From Epiperipatus broadwayi (Eukaryota > Animalia > Onychophora), in NCBI GenBank assembly GCA_028023455.1, contig JAQFVV010000001.1, forward strand, positions 1,798,001-1,862,000: a stretch of DNA of 64,000 bases, written 5' to 3'. This document shows, in pieces, positions 51,401-64,000 of the stretch. Below the pieces are notes generated by a model that searched no databases, was not told where the DNA came from, and saw nothing but the letters and a program-made list of their open reading frames with translations. Position numbers and translations under genes: made by a program. The stretch's first letter is position 1; every line of letters begins with the position of its first letter.

Positions 51401-54400
51401 TTTTAACTTTATTATTTGCAGTACTTGTATGTAATATATATTTTAAACAATAAAAAATATATAAGATAAAAAATATTTTTAAATTACATAAGATATAGCA
51501 GTAATATATTCATATATCTAATCACCATTCACTAAATACAAAAATATTGTATATTACATTAATTATGTACTATATAGAAATAAAATTTATTCACAAAAAA
51601 GATAACTATATCTTAGTGGCAGTTAATGAGATGCTTGGGATTGGAAATCTTTTAATAATTTTAAAAGATGTTGCATGTCTTGGCAGTACTTGTCACTTTT
51701 GATTGAATGTGATAATTTTCATTTTTGAATATAGTTGCTCACATTGCCATAATTGAGTGTATGTTCTAGAAACTTATACCATTCATAGAGAATATACTAA
51801 TGCAAGAAGGTTAGGATTAATACAAATTTTGAAATTTTTGTTTAAGAAAGACATTACTTGTAAGTTTAATTAATTACTTTTACATCTTTGCATTAAATGG
51901 ATTTTAAAAAAGTATGAATCTACTTTTTTAATATTTGAAATCTAGTATTATTTGATGCAAATAACTCCTCTTTGGTATTTAAAAAAAAAAAAACATACAC
52001 ATTTTGCCATTAGGTAAGACTGGAAAGTCATAAGCATCACATCTCTGAATTTGTTTTTCCCAAGTTGAAGTTTAGTTTGAAAACTTTTAGTTATGCACAT
52101 AAAATTTATTAATTAATTATTTTGATGACAGGTTTTTAAATAAGTTGTAATATAAGTAAGAAGATTATGAATCCATTTACTGTTACATACTAAAGCAGAT
52201 CTTTATGAAAATACAGATTTCTTCATTAAAATTATAAAACACTAAATCATTTTTCTTTGTGTAATCAATGAAATTAGCCGTAATATACCAGTGTTGCATA
52301 TTTACTCTCAAATTTTTCAAGGATTTTAAACTGGCAATGAGTGAGTCTTCATTCATATGCACTTTTAAGATTTAGTATAAATTTGGCATTAACAATAAAA
52401 AAGAAGCTGAGGAAATTTCAGTTTTTCTAATTAGGATGGGTATCTTATTTGTGATCATTATTAGCACTTTTTTTTTCCTGGCTATCTTAAGTTTTCTAAA
52501 AATATATCCTATGATTGTATTTATATTTTCAAGACAAAACATTTTTTCAGTAGTTGAAAAAGCACTTCCATTTTATGAATAAAAATTACCAGCTAACTGT
52601 ATTCTCTATGTTGATGCTTTTGTGAGGAGTCAATAAAAATAAGTCAAAATATAAGGGTTTGCATTGCTAAATTTTTTCCTCATAACATTCCTTTAAGTTA
52701 AACTAATGACATTGAATTTTAATTATAGTAATATAAATATAAGATTACACTAAACATAGATGTTGCAAAAAAAAAACCCAGCTAATTGTGAGAAATAATC
52801 TGTATATTTTTATACAAATTGGGATGATTATATTATTTATTTATGAGACTAAACAGTTATATTCATAATTATAAATTTTTTATGAAAATTATGATATATA
52901 AATAAAACAATCCAAATGATTTATTGCTTGAGAAATCATAAGGAGCTTGGGTGCTAGAAGTAATTAAGCTAGAGCTGCATTCCCTGGACTTTAAATCTGA
53001 GTCTATTATTTTAAGCTGATTATATTAATTGTATGCAACATACAAAATTTTCATGGATCATAATTGGCTAGCAAGCTCAGGAGTGATCATATTAATTTAA
53101 GTAATCATTAATTTTTGGATTAACATTTTTTTTTTTCAATCTGGTTTTTAATACAAGTATCTGAAAACAATTTCAGAGAAGTTGACATTTTGTGTCACAC
53201 TCATTTAATTTGTCTAGCACATTTAATATTAACATTGCAGTAATTTTATAAATCAGTGAAAGTTTTTATGCTATATAAAATATTGATAATCTTACCTATT
53301 TATAATCGGTAAATCCTGCTACATATATCCCCTCTCCCCCTAATCATGTCTTAAAAACATTTGAAATTCTGTCATTTGTTTTAATTTGAAATATGTGCAT
53401 TATCTTCTAAATAAATGTAATCTTAGTAGCTTACATCTTGTAAGTATATGAATTGCAATTAGATAGTTGCCTAAACAGAATCTGATTTTCATTTGTACAG
53501 ATTTCTATTTCATCTTTTCTAGGTTGATTTAGATTATATTTTTCTGACTCTGATGCTAAAACAAACAATCATATGACAAGTTGAGCACAACGGCTCCATA
53601 TGATTAATTGAACTGAGAATTTTATACATTATTGAACAGAGAAGCTGAATCTCTTAGTTCTGAGTCCGCTAATATAATATTATGAGAACTTATAGATTAT
53701 GAGTCTTTCATTTGCATTTTGTTACCTTTTTACAATTTATTTTGGAAACTGCATCACATTTTAGCATTATCTTGTCCAATCCCAAATCTTATTAAGGAGA
53801 ATGGTCTTTAAATTGAGTAACTGTATGATGATTACTGATGATTCAGATATTAACTTGATTTTGATGTTTTGGAATGATGAATGAAATTAATGAAAGAAAT
53901 AGACTATTTAAGAAATAAATGACATGGTAGAGTGATATGATCAGTTTTTACAAAACTAGATAAACTATCTTATTTAACTCACAGAACACAGAGCCATTGT
54001 ATGCCAATGATGATAAAACAAATATGACAACATCTTAATTTTTTTATTTACTGTTGTAACCATTTCTGTTATTATAATGTTTTTTCTGGGATAACTTCAA
54101 TTTTATGATGATTTCATTATTCGTAGAAATTTAATTTTGATATAATTATTTATTTCATTTACTTTAAATAAAAGCAGTAATATTTTTTTAGAATCTTTAA
54201 TTTTTTTCTTCTGTATAGGTTTTAATTAACATCATCACCCCCCAATATAAAAGAAGTAACGAATTATGTTTCTCTTATTGAAATTAAATCTTTGTTTGCT
54301 ATTCCAGTTTTACATGTTTTAATATGATTTAGATAGGTTGGCTTTGAAACTTTCATATCATTAGCTTAGATAATGTAATACAATTAAGGCAGCATTGCTG

Positions 54401-54998
54401 GAGCATTGCAACATCTCTTCCAGGTTAGTTTGACAAAACTAATCATAAGAATTTATTGATATTATCTTTTAGTACTCTTTGATCGTAGACTTAAGTAATA
54501 ATGAAAATCATTATTATTTCATAATGATTTTAGTGATTTTATTTTTTTTTTTACATTTTTTATTAGCAAAAAAAAAAAATTTTTTTTTAAGTTTTTGAAA
54601 ATAATTAAAATCGTTAAAATTCCTACTTTTTTTTTTTATATGATGAAGCAAAACTCTCATACAGACCTACTTGAAACTTAGACATCCAACTAAAAACAAT
54701 GCTCTTCAAGTTTTTTTTTTTTTTTTGATCACGGTCTGGCTATCATTGTGATGAGGGATTTGTAGAGTGAATCTGTTACATTCTGAACATTTTGTTTTAT
54801 GTCTTTTTGTTGTCAAAAAAATTGTTTGCCTTTTGGCATAATTTTTTTTAAATTAGTTGATGTAAGCGTTGTCATGATAAATGCATTTTTTTTTATTTAA
54901 AAATAATAATAATTAAACTTTGCTTATTTTTTTACACATTTTCATATAAACCTTCTAAATTCTTTTCTTCCTCCTCTGTTTTTACTGTCTTCATATAT

Positions 54999-55115
54999 AA
55001 TATTGAATTTCAAAAATCTTCCACATTTCACTTTTCGAAACTGTAATCGATATTAAAAGTTTTTTTTTTTTTTTGCTGAAAAGTGAAATGTGGAAGATTT
55101 TTGAAATTCAATATT
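54999..55115. repeat. Perfect 38-bp inverted repeat with a 41-nt spacer
   Basis: aatattgaatttcaaaaatcttccacatttcacttttc (54999-55036) and its exact reverse complement (55078-55115). Confidence 0.95.
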
Positions 55116-57725
55116 TTAATATAAAATTTAAAAATTATAAACTAGGTAGATAACAACAACAGCAAAAAAAAGACCATAGTTTGTCCTTTACACCAAATAT
55201 TTAATCTTGTGTACGCTTCTAATGAAGGAAAATATTTGGATAATATATTATTGTAATGAGTAATCAGGATATAAAAAATTACAGCTGAATTCATATTAGT
55301 GATAGACATAATTGTATTTATTATGTTAAAATATTGTTATAAATGTACATACACAGGCTTATAATTCTTGTTTTTTAAAATATGTTACTGCAAAATTAAT
55401 TATTCATATGCATAAATAATGTTTTATAATTATAGTGCATATTTTTACATGCATATTTTTTAATATATATGCACATTTAAATAGAATGGGATGATTTTGA
55501 TTTATATTAACTATGAAGATTATTATTTAACAATTTGTTTAGTAATACATTAAATCATCTTCAATTGTTTTAATTTCATTTGTTTATTGTAAATTTGATA
55601 AAAAAAAAAAACTTTTTAAAATAAGATCAGAGCAAAGTTTGAGGTTTTTTTTTTTTTTAATTTCATGTTTTTTGAAATGAGTTAATTATGAAATTATCTT
55701 TACATTTAATGATATTAGAAAATCTCATTTTATTATCCAATTTGTAGAGAGATGTCTTAAACTACATGATTACAGAAGTCAATCAGTTATTGCCTTTATG
55801 AATTATTTTGGTAACAAAACACACACAAAAAAAAACACCTGTAAGCTAGCATTACATTAAATAAGAGTCCTAGACTTGAGTACTAAAAATTTCTAGATTA
55901 ATTCCCAGGAGGGGTAAAAGCTCATTTTGATTACTTGTTGTTCAGAACTGCCAGTTTAACGTTTAAACATAATTTGATCATAGAAAATGACTAAATGTTC
56001 ATTTATTTATTTAATGATTCATAATAGAAACAATAAATTGGTCAAGCAATTTAATAAAATTGAATTGTTATGAACATTAAAGTAATTAAGCCATCAAAGA
56101 AAAACAATGAAAAGATATCTCAAGCATATGAATGATTAGAAACAATGTTATTCATGATGAAAGTTTCCGATATAAAATTTACAGAAATTGCTCGTTCTAA
56201 TTAGATTTTATCATTCAGAATTGAATAATAATTCACTTTAGTAATATGAAAAGAGAAATAAAAAATTTGTCAGCAGTAAAACAACTATATTTTTTTATTT
56301 ACCTTTTATCTCTCTACCCAAATATTTTTCTATTATATTGGATTTAATTATGTGATGTGTATTTGCATATTTATTTAATTGTGAATAACTTTGTTCCTAG
56401 AAATTCACATAAATTCTATTTTTTTTTTTGCCCTGTGATCATGTAATTATATTCACAATTCATAACAATATGATTTACTTGCTGATTGAGCGATTTATTA
56501 TCTCTATAGCTTAAGTCAGTAGTGTGAGAAAAATAAAAAAATCATTACTATCAGAAAATTGATTTTTTTTATTATTATTATTCTATAAATCTTACCATTG
56601 CATAAAAAATATATATCTCTTTTGAATTCAGAAGCAGAATAATAGATTTTATTAATCATAAAATTGTTAATCACATGGTATTAATTATTTAATACTACTA
56701 AAAATATGCTTCAAATAATATAAACTTTATTTATAAAAATGTTTTCAGTATAGTATTATTTAAAGAAGATTCACATAATTTCTGTATATTAAATTTATTT
56801 TTAAGATTATAAAATTGTTTAAAATATTTGTTTATTTCAATATATAATATGTATACATTAATAAATTGTAAACATCTTATTGACTCTATCCTTCACTTCT
56901 TCATTTAAAATGCAGATCAATTTATTCAATGATCCTCCCTCCTTGTTCATTTAGCTTTTATATTTAATCTTATTTAAAGATCAAATACTATACATTTTTG
57001 TAAAGATTAAAGCTACTGGATTAAGATAGAAGGAATAAATTAAGATCGTCTTTTTTAAAAAAATGTTATTTCCCTATGGCATGTATATATTAATTTATTT
57101 GATGTATAATGTGAATTTTTAATGTGTGTATATTTATGACTTAAGTAAAAAAGTCATGATATGTTATGAAAAGCTAAATATCATCCTAAATTTTTTCTGG
57201 ATGATAGAAGTTTCTAAATTATAGGAGCAATATCATTAATATCCTACTTTTATTTAGAAGATTTTTTAATATATAAATATCTGGAACTTGGAAGTGTTGC
57301 CAATGTTATATAGTTATTCTTGTTTGTTTGATATTTCTTTTTTTTTTATTCTTATGAAAGAAAAGAAGTGTAGAGTAGCTCATGATAGCTAAATTTTGTG
57401 TATGCTGTGATTTTCATTGATAGTCTTTATTTTTTCATTTTTCTACTGGGAATTTTGCTACTTTATGGTGACAAAGTTCTCATTCTGGATTGTTTAATAC
57501 AGGAATAGAGTTGTGGTCTCTAGAGCCCAAGGTCCTTAGATTACAGCTCAATTCTCATCATTTTTGGTGCTTAAATTTCATATGAATTCTTCAGCAATAA
57601 ACCTGTTCTTTTTTTTTTTTATTATTCTTTGTATTACCTCTTCTATCTAGTTTTATTAATAGTTGGCAGCTATATTTGAGAGAGAAAAAAATTCAGTTAT
57701 CTACATCTCACTTGATTATTTAATT

Positions 57726-57870
57726 CAGGAGTGGAGAACTTTTTTTCTGCCAAGGGCTTTTTGGTTATTTATAATTTCATTCACAGGTCACACAAAATTA
57801 TCATCTTAAAAATTACCTACTGTATTTGATCAAAAATTTAATTAATTTATCTCTAATTGTCAATGCTGGG
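57726..57870 (+). mobile_element. Left end of a hAT (Charlie-type) DNA transposon
   Basis: CAGGAGTGGAGAACTTTTTTTCTGCCAAGGGC fits the CAGGGGTGGNNAAC-type hAT TIR and subterminal pattern. No matching right end found. Confidence 0.6.
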
Positions 57871-60246
57871 CAATCTTATCAATTAACAGATCAATTTCAC
57901 CTTCCCCTTTTTAAATGAGGGCTATAATTAAAAATAAAGTAACATCGTCATTATTAATTACTATCCCACATTTATTTATAATTTTTTTAATTTATTTTCA
58001 ACCTATCATCATGACATATATCCTTAAATTTCTTTTTATGTTCTGGACAAGTTAGTTCTTCAGCAGCCAGAATACAGTCTTCTATAAATTCATCTTCAAA
58101 AAATAGTTTCAAATTTTCTGCTTTTTTTTTTTTTTAGAAATAACTTGCTCTGACAGAAATTTCTGACTTGTTTGTACTTTTTATAAAATATGTCAGCTAC
58201 TTGATAAAGCTCATTTTCAAGTTTTCTATTTTAATATTTCTTTTTCTCCTGATAATTCTATTGTAGTCAGAATGTTTGATAAATAGTGTCTCTTAATAAT
58301 ATGTTCTTTTTAAATGCACAATTTTTTGTGACAGTTTTTTTTATCTTACTCCTATAGTCACCCTATTAAAAAAAAAAAAGTAAAATAATAATAAAATAAA
58401 GTAAAATTTTAGTTTTATTTTTGCTAATTATACGTTCATCTACAAATCATTATAAAAACAAAGAAAATAATCTTAGCATTATAGATTAAGTCCATAGTCA
58501 GATAGATCATACAATATATATAATTTGTTAGAATATTGCACCTCAGATTGATGAGAGAAAAAGATGTAATTGAGAACTTAACTCTTGATTCAGTATTTGA
58601 TCTATATTTGCATTGCACTATGTGCTTATTGTGAAAATGTCTAGGGTCCAAATTGAGAGCTTTCGAGGGCTGAAGATTCCCCACTTATGATTAAATACTA
58701 CAAGTTGAGATACATTTTAAAAAATATCTTATGTTTTTATTAGATATTGTTATTTTTGCAGGCATGATAAAGGTACTAAATTTGAATTCTGTTTTTTCAA
58801 AAAAAAATAATTAATTTTGCTTATTTAATTTACCTAGAGTTTTGTTTTAAAGTCATATTCAAAATAATTTTTGATATTGTTATTTTTCTTGAAAATTATA
58901 CTTTTGTATATTTATAAAAGTAATATTTAAAACAGGCATAGGCAATATAGTTTTTTTATGATTTTTTTTAATAGCATACTTAATGATTGTATCAGAATAA
59001 TATGACTCATGTTTCCTTTTATTAAAATTCATAATTTCTAATTTTTTTTATTATTATATGAAACTTGTATAAATTCTCTTTAATTTTTTTTTATTTATAT
59101 GAAAATAATGTTTGCAATTTTTTTTTTTAATAGTGTGTTCAATTTAAATGTTGAGAAATATACCATGATTGAGATGTATTGCTAAAAAAAAATGCCCATA
59201 TCTAGTTTTAAAATTACCAAGTGTAGAAAATTTAGTATTTTCACTGTCCGTATGTGATATGCATTGTATTTTCTCTCTATTATGTGCTTTTATATTAACT
59301 TGCTATGTCTGTGCATGTTTCTGTCTATATACACATTTGTGAATTTTGCTCTAGCTGGGATTTTTTTATAGTTTTAACCATTTTTTGTTTTTAATGAAAA
59401 AATTTTGATAATTTGAATTTTGCTCTAGCTAAGATTAAAAACATTTGAGGCCTTTTTGATTTTTATGATTTATTTATAGCCTCAAATACCTTTTTGAAAT
59501 GACATTATTCCTGCAATTTTCAATTGTTTAATATATAACAAGGCTATACTTTTAAGATCTGTGATATTTTCCAAGAATAGCAAATTAACTGAGATTCAGT
59601 TTTTTTTTTTAGTCAGATTATTTTTTAGTTGACTAGTAATATTTACATAAAAGCATTATTGGAAAAAAAAAAAAATTACATACGATTTTTTTATTCTATT
59701 TAAAATGCTTCAATAAAAATGTCATTTTTTTTTTATACTTCTGAAGATGTATGAATAATAAAAATATATTTTTAAAAAACTTTTTTTTAGTTATAAATCA
59801 AAAAAATTAAACTACCTAATGGATTAATTTTACTGTTTATCAATTGTTTATTCAAATTATTTTTTTAATCCTTTTTTTTTTACACAGTTAATTTCATTAA
59901 TAGAAAATAAATTATCTATATACTTTATGCCTTTAATAATATATAACTTGTTCATTTGAATTTATTTTTAAAGTTTAATTAAAGCAAAACATATTAAAAT
60001 ACATTTGTTTTATGTATAAATACTTACTTTCTATTAGTTATCCACATGCTGTTGTAAATAAATGTTTTATATGGATAAATGATATCCTACTATTAAAGAT
60101 TGTTTTGTTTTATTTATGTCTTATGTAATTGACTCCCAGTCTCTGTAAAATTGGGGAATCGGAACTAGATTATTATCTCCCAGTATTTTTTTAATTAATT
60201 GTTCATAAACATAAAAAGTCTAAAAATAAATGTAATCTTTTAGTTT

Positions 60247-61390
60247 ATTTTAATATAAACTTCATTAACATTCTACAGTTTCAACTGTCCTAGCAGTCTT
60301 CTTCAGATATACAACAAAAAAATTATACAAATATTATATCAATACAATCAAAATTCTTTATATTTTCACATAGTCATCTTTATAAAATTATAATAAACCA
60401 AAATAATGTAAAGCAAAAACAACTCAATCCAAAACATTTAAACAAAATTTTTTTAATCTTTCAAAATCCAAAATATTAAATAAAATTAAAATTTCCTTAA
60501 AAAATATTTTAAAATTACAACTGTAATAAATGTATGAAATTCAAATTTTTAACATCAAAGCATTATAAACAAAAACATTAATCTAAAAATACCAAAAATT
60601 AACATTTATCATAATTAAAATTGCATAAATAAAACCAAAAAACAAAACAAAAATCAAAAAATTAAAAAATCAAAAAAAAAGAAAAATGGAGGAAAAGTGG
60701 AAATAGTATAAAAGTTTTAAGGTAAGAATAGTTAAGTTTGCATGGATATTAAATGTTATAGAAAGGTAGTTAAATAAGTAAAGATGATAGAGAGTAGTAA
60801 AAGATAAATGAATAAGGCAATTGACAAGATGGTATGGAAATATAAAGGGAAATAAGTAAAGTATAAATGGGTGTGTAAAGGGGGAAAGAATGATTTTATT
60901 TTTTAGGTTTAGTTTTTGATTTATTTATTTTTTGATTTTTAATTTTTTGTTTTGTTTGTTTTTTAATTTTATTTATGTAATTTTAATTATGTAAAAATGT
61001 TAATTTTTGGTATTTTTAGATTAATGTTTAATGGTTTTTAATGGTTTTGTTTTTAATAGTTAGATGTTAAAAATTTGAATTTCATACATTTATTAGGATT
61101 GTAATTTTAAAATATTTTTAAAGGAAATTTTAATTTTTTTAATATTTTGGATTTTGAAAGGTTAAAAAAATTTTTGTTTAAAAGTTTTGGATTGAGTTGT
61201 TTTTTGCTTTACATTATTTTGGTTTATTATAATTATAAAGATGACTATGTGAAAATATTGATGTAATATTTGTATAATTTTTTTGTTGTAGATCTGAAGA
61301 AGACTGCTAGGACAGTCAAAACTGTTATAAATAAATAAAAAATATTTGCTTAAAGTGTTAAAGGAGTGTTAATGAAGTTTATATTGAAAT
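60247..61390. mobile_element. Large foldback element (arms about 60247-60680 and 60922-61390) with HHR-like cores near both outer ends
   Basis: Arms are collinear reverse complements (for example cagtcttcttcagat versus atctgaagaagactg, and ttttcacatagtcatcttt versus aaagatgactatgtgaaaa). The left arm is G-poor; the right arm and spacer are C-poor. Confidence 0.9.
61294..61327 (+). ncRNA. Hammerhead-like core; its inverted partner is at about 60275-60306 on the minus strand
   Basis: CTGAAGA-a-gactg ctagga cagtc-aaaac (G12 to A). The left arm reads CTGAAGA-a-gactg ctagga cagtt-GAAAC-tgta. Stems I and III are not convincing. Confidence 0.45.
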
Positions 61391-61586
61391 ATGAAAAAAA
61401 AAAGCAAAATATTGAGGGAGGAAGAAGTAGATAAGAGCTTTTAGTTTATTATGTGTGTTTGAATAAGAATATGCACACACAGACAAAAGTAAACAGTAAA
61501 TGAATGATACTTTTTAAAAATTATTTATAAATAAATAATGCTAAGGGCTTTATTGCTCAGGATTTCATAAGTTTGTGCGTCAGAAT

Positions 61587-61659
61587 TGCGAGTGCCAGAA
61601 TCGATCATGGGATTTTCCGATCCCAAGTTGAATGCTCTACCAACTGTGCCAAACTGCAC
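61587..61659 (-). pseudogene. tRNA-like sequence (Pro-TGG-like anticodon loop); tRNA pseudogene or SINE head
   Basis: Minus strand gtgcagtt-TGGCACAGTTGG-tagagca-ttcaa CTTGGGA tcgga-aaatcccatGATCGATTCtggcac. A box good, B box degenerate, stems imperfect. Confidence 0.5.
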
Positions 61660-62329
61660 AAAGCATTATTATTTATTATAATGCACATATTTAAACTATA
61701 TGATTTGAAATGTATTGAGTACCAAATATAATTTTGAAAAGATAATAAATAATATTATTTTATCAAATGTAAATTATTGAAACTTTTTTGAAAATCCATT
61801 ATAAGAAATTAAATCAATACACTCATAAAATATTTTTAATCTGTACTTTACACAAATTATTGAAAATATTTTTGTGAAAAGTGTTAATTAGTTTGCAGTT
61901 GTGATGTGACACGGATGTAAAGACAATGATGTCTAAATTATGAAAAATTCAGAAGAAATACATTTATTCATTTGATCATATTACATTAGAAAACAGTGAA
62001 GTGAGAGCTTGGCCATAAATAGTCTTGTAAAGGTTTCTGCAATGATTTTTTTTTCCTGTGTTTTTAAATAACAAATTTTAATAATGTCCATTACTCTTTC
62101 TCAATAAATATTAATTTCTAATAATTGGAGATTGATATAATTTAAGCTTTTATGTTTAGTTATAGCTTTTATTCTCTTGAGAATTTTGATCTTGGAATAT
62201 TAAAAGATTCACTGTTTTGGAAATCAATAAAAAACAATAATTTCAGTGAGCTGGTTCTTTATCCCCCCCCCCCCCTTAGACTTAAAAAATCAATCCTTAC
62301 CATCTTATCAGGACTCTACTGTAAAAGAA

Positions 62330-63450
62330 AAAAAAATAAGTAAAGTCACTATTTCTATTATTGAGTTACATGATATTAAAAATCTAATGCTATCATCACT
62401 GAAAAAGCTCATTGCATTGAAATATAAGGATTTCAGAATTATAGCATATATTCAGTACATACAATTTCTAATAGATATGTTTTTATTTGAATAGATATGT
62501 GAATTTAATAAAAGTGAGGTTGATATTTTTTTTTGATCTTGAAAAAGCAGTTAACAGAGGGGTGTATGTGTTATTTTCATTGATTTAAAAAGGTAGAAAA
62601 CTATTAGAAAATTTGTAAGAAGAGGAAGCAAAGCATATAAGAATAAGTCAATGATTCATATATAGAAGACATAGATATAGGTAGAAGTATGAGACAGGGG
62701 GTTGTATTTCTGGCTCCACTTAGTGTTCATTCAAATAAGCTGCTTAATGAATATTATTTAACCAATGATGGAATTAGCATTTAATAACAAATGGCTCACT
62801 GCTTCAGATTAGTTGATGATATGCAGACCTTGTCAATAATGAGAATTATCTAAATAATAAGCAATATTAAAAAACTAAAATTAGTTGTTAAACAATTTTA
62901 AATAAATTTATGAAGATAATTGGAAAGCTTAAAAATTTGAGGATTGTAATTGGACTGAGAATCATATAACTTAATTATTTAAATTGAAAATATGCACATA
63001 AAATTTTAAGTTTTGCAGTTATTTTCTAGATCATTGAAATTTTGGTGAGAGACTATGTATTGTTTTAAATATAGCTTTGTATAATGCATTAGGTTTAGCA
63101 AATAGAAACAAGGAAAAAAAAGATTCAGCATTTGAATAAATTGAATAAAAAATATTAGAAATATAAAAATACTGAAAAGAATAAGTAAGAAAATATTTAT
63201 TGAACAAATTAAGAATAATTGAATCGAGATAAGAGATAGAGGAAATACAAAAGATATATTGGAAAGAATTTATATAGAGTAAAGGAAAAAGAAGGAATAA
63301 AAGATAATTTTTGAGAAATGGAATATTCCCGAATATTATAAAAATAAAGAGATTGGGACGATAATAGAAGATGGTCTGTGATCATTATGGGATTGTCTCA
63401 AAGAAAAAATTAAGTACTTAAGTTAGCTTTCAAAAATTCTTAGGAGACAT
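62330..63450 (+). mobile_element. Decayed RTE-like LINE reverse transcriptase
   Basis: FFDLEKA (about 62527-62548), an RQG..LAPL-like motif (about 62692-62720) and GISI.N...FRLVDDM (about 62770-62825), in the correct order. Confidence 0.6.
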
Positions 63451-64000
63451 ATATACTAAATCTTTGTTTATATTTGCTGTGGATTTTATATTTAACTATG
63501 CTTTAAAAGTGTTTTACAAAATTGATTTTATTTATTATTTCTATTAAATATATTTTTTGTGAAGGCTAATAACAAGGTATGTTTTCTGTTAAACCAGATC
63601 CAACAATAAAAGCATATGATAAAATATTGTTCTGTATTGTTAGTTAGATATCATTGTTATTAGCCTTATAACAAAATTTTTTTTTTCCTGAAAAGAATTT
63701 AACAATTTAGAGTCAAGCATATTTAATTACATTGATCCCTTTTGTAAAATTTATTTATACTTTGGAGAAAGTAGATATTATAAATTATGAAAAAGTGGCA
63801 CAATTGAGAATTTTGAAGTACAATATAATAATAATAAGCAGCAGGAACAAAAATAAATGTCAAAGGAATTCTGAAATATATGTGGTATAAATTTTTCAAG
63901 TAATTTACATATTTATTTGTGATGCTTAGGGAAGTTAAAATTTTTGATTTAGAATAAATTAATTTGTCAGATTTTTGGTTATTGCACATCATAATATTGT

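Noticed and set aside
54647-54668. aagcaaaactctcatacag resembling the terminus of the palindromic HHR family
   Set aside because: About 19 bp only, with no partner arm or internal family sequence nearby.
58760-58775. tttttgcag|gcatgataaag|gtacta micro-exon
   Set aside because: Such splice-like strings are expected by chance in 64 kb; no supporting context.
59340-59432. 17-bp direct repeat tgaattttgctctagct about 75 bp apart
   Set aside because: The enclosed sequence is featureless and T-rich; best read as a small local duplication.
11694-59750. Isolated CTGATGA or CTGAAGA heptamers (for example about 11694, 17079, 22555, 27714, 42098, 58671, 59742)
   Set aside because: No stem II followed by GAAA and NUH; consistent with chance.
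19352-63992. Numerous 60-130 aa ORFs rich in F, I, L, Y and K
   Set aside because: Composition and length are as expected for random ORFs in very AT-rich DNA; no motifs or splice support.
1-64000. CRISPR arrays, rRNA genes or prokaryotic operons
   Set aside because: No repeat-spacer arrays, rRNA signatures or gene-dense organisation; the sequence is eukaryotic.

Overview
A very AT-rich eukaryotic window, probably from an arthropod (inferred from the SMIM20-like peptide and the TE repertoire). The only host coding sequence I can support is the first coding exon of a SMIM20/phoenixin-precursor homologue (minus strand, 8530-8416), next to a CpG-, ETS- and CRE-bearing promoter at about 8.6-8.9 kb. 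The rest is largely decayed TEs: Penelope-like elements (PLEs), a full-length degraded Ty3/Gypsy with LTR remnants, RTE-type LINE fragments, hAT ends, a TA-flanked Tc1/pogo-type element, MITE-like hairpins and a possible Polinton PolB relic. The most striking pattern is five head-to-head, tails-out inverted-repeat elements from three unrelated sequence families, with a hammerhead-ribozyme (HHR) core or relic in each arm. Family 1 is two PLE insertions (0.9-4.7 kb and 44.0-45.1 kb) whose 3' region carries a tRNA-type Pol III A/B-box promoter just upstream of a minimal type I HHR. Family 2 is an ORF-less palindromic family (47.6-48.0 kb, 41.6-41.9 kb, plus a derivative at 20.0 kb that has lost its HHRs), with one apparently intact minimal HHR at 47917-47958. 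Family 3 is a 1.1-kb compositionally skewed foldback at 60.2-61.4 kb. All alignments and folds were done by eye, so element boundaries are approximate.
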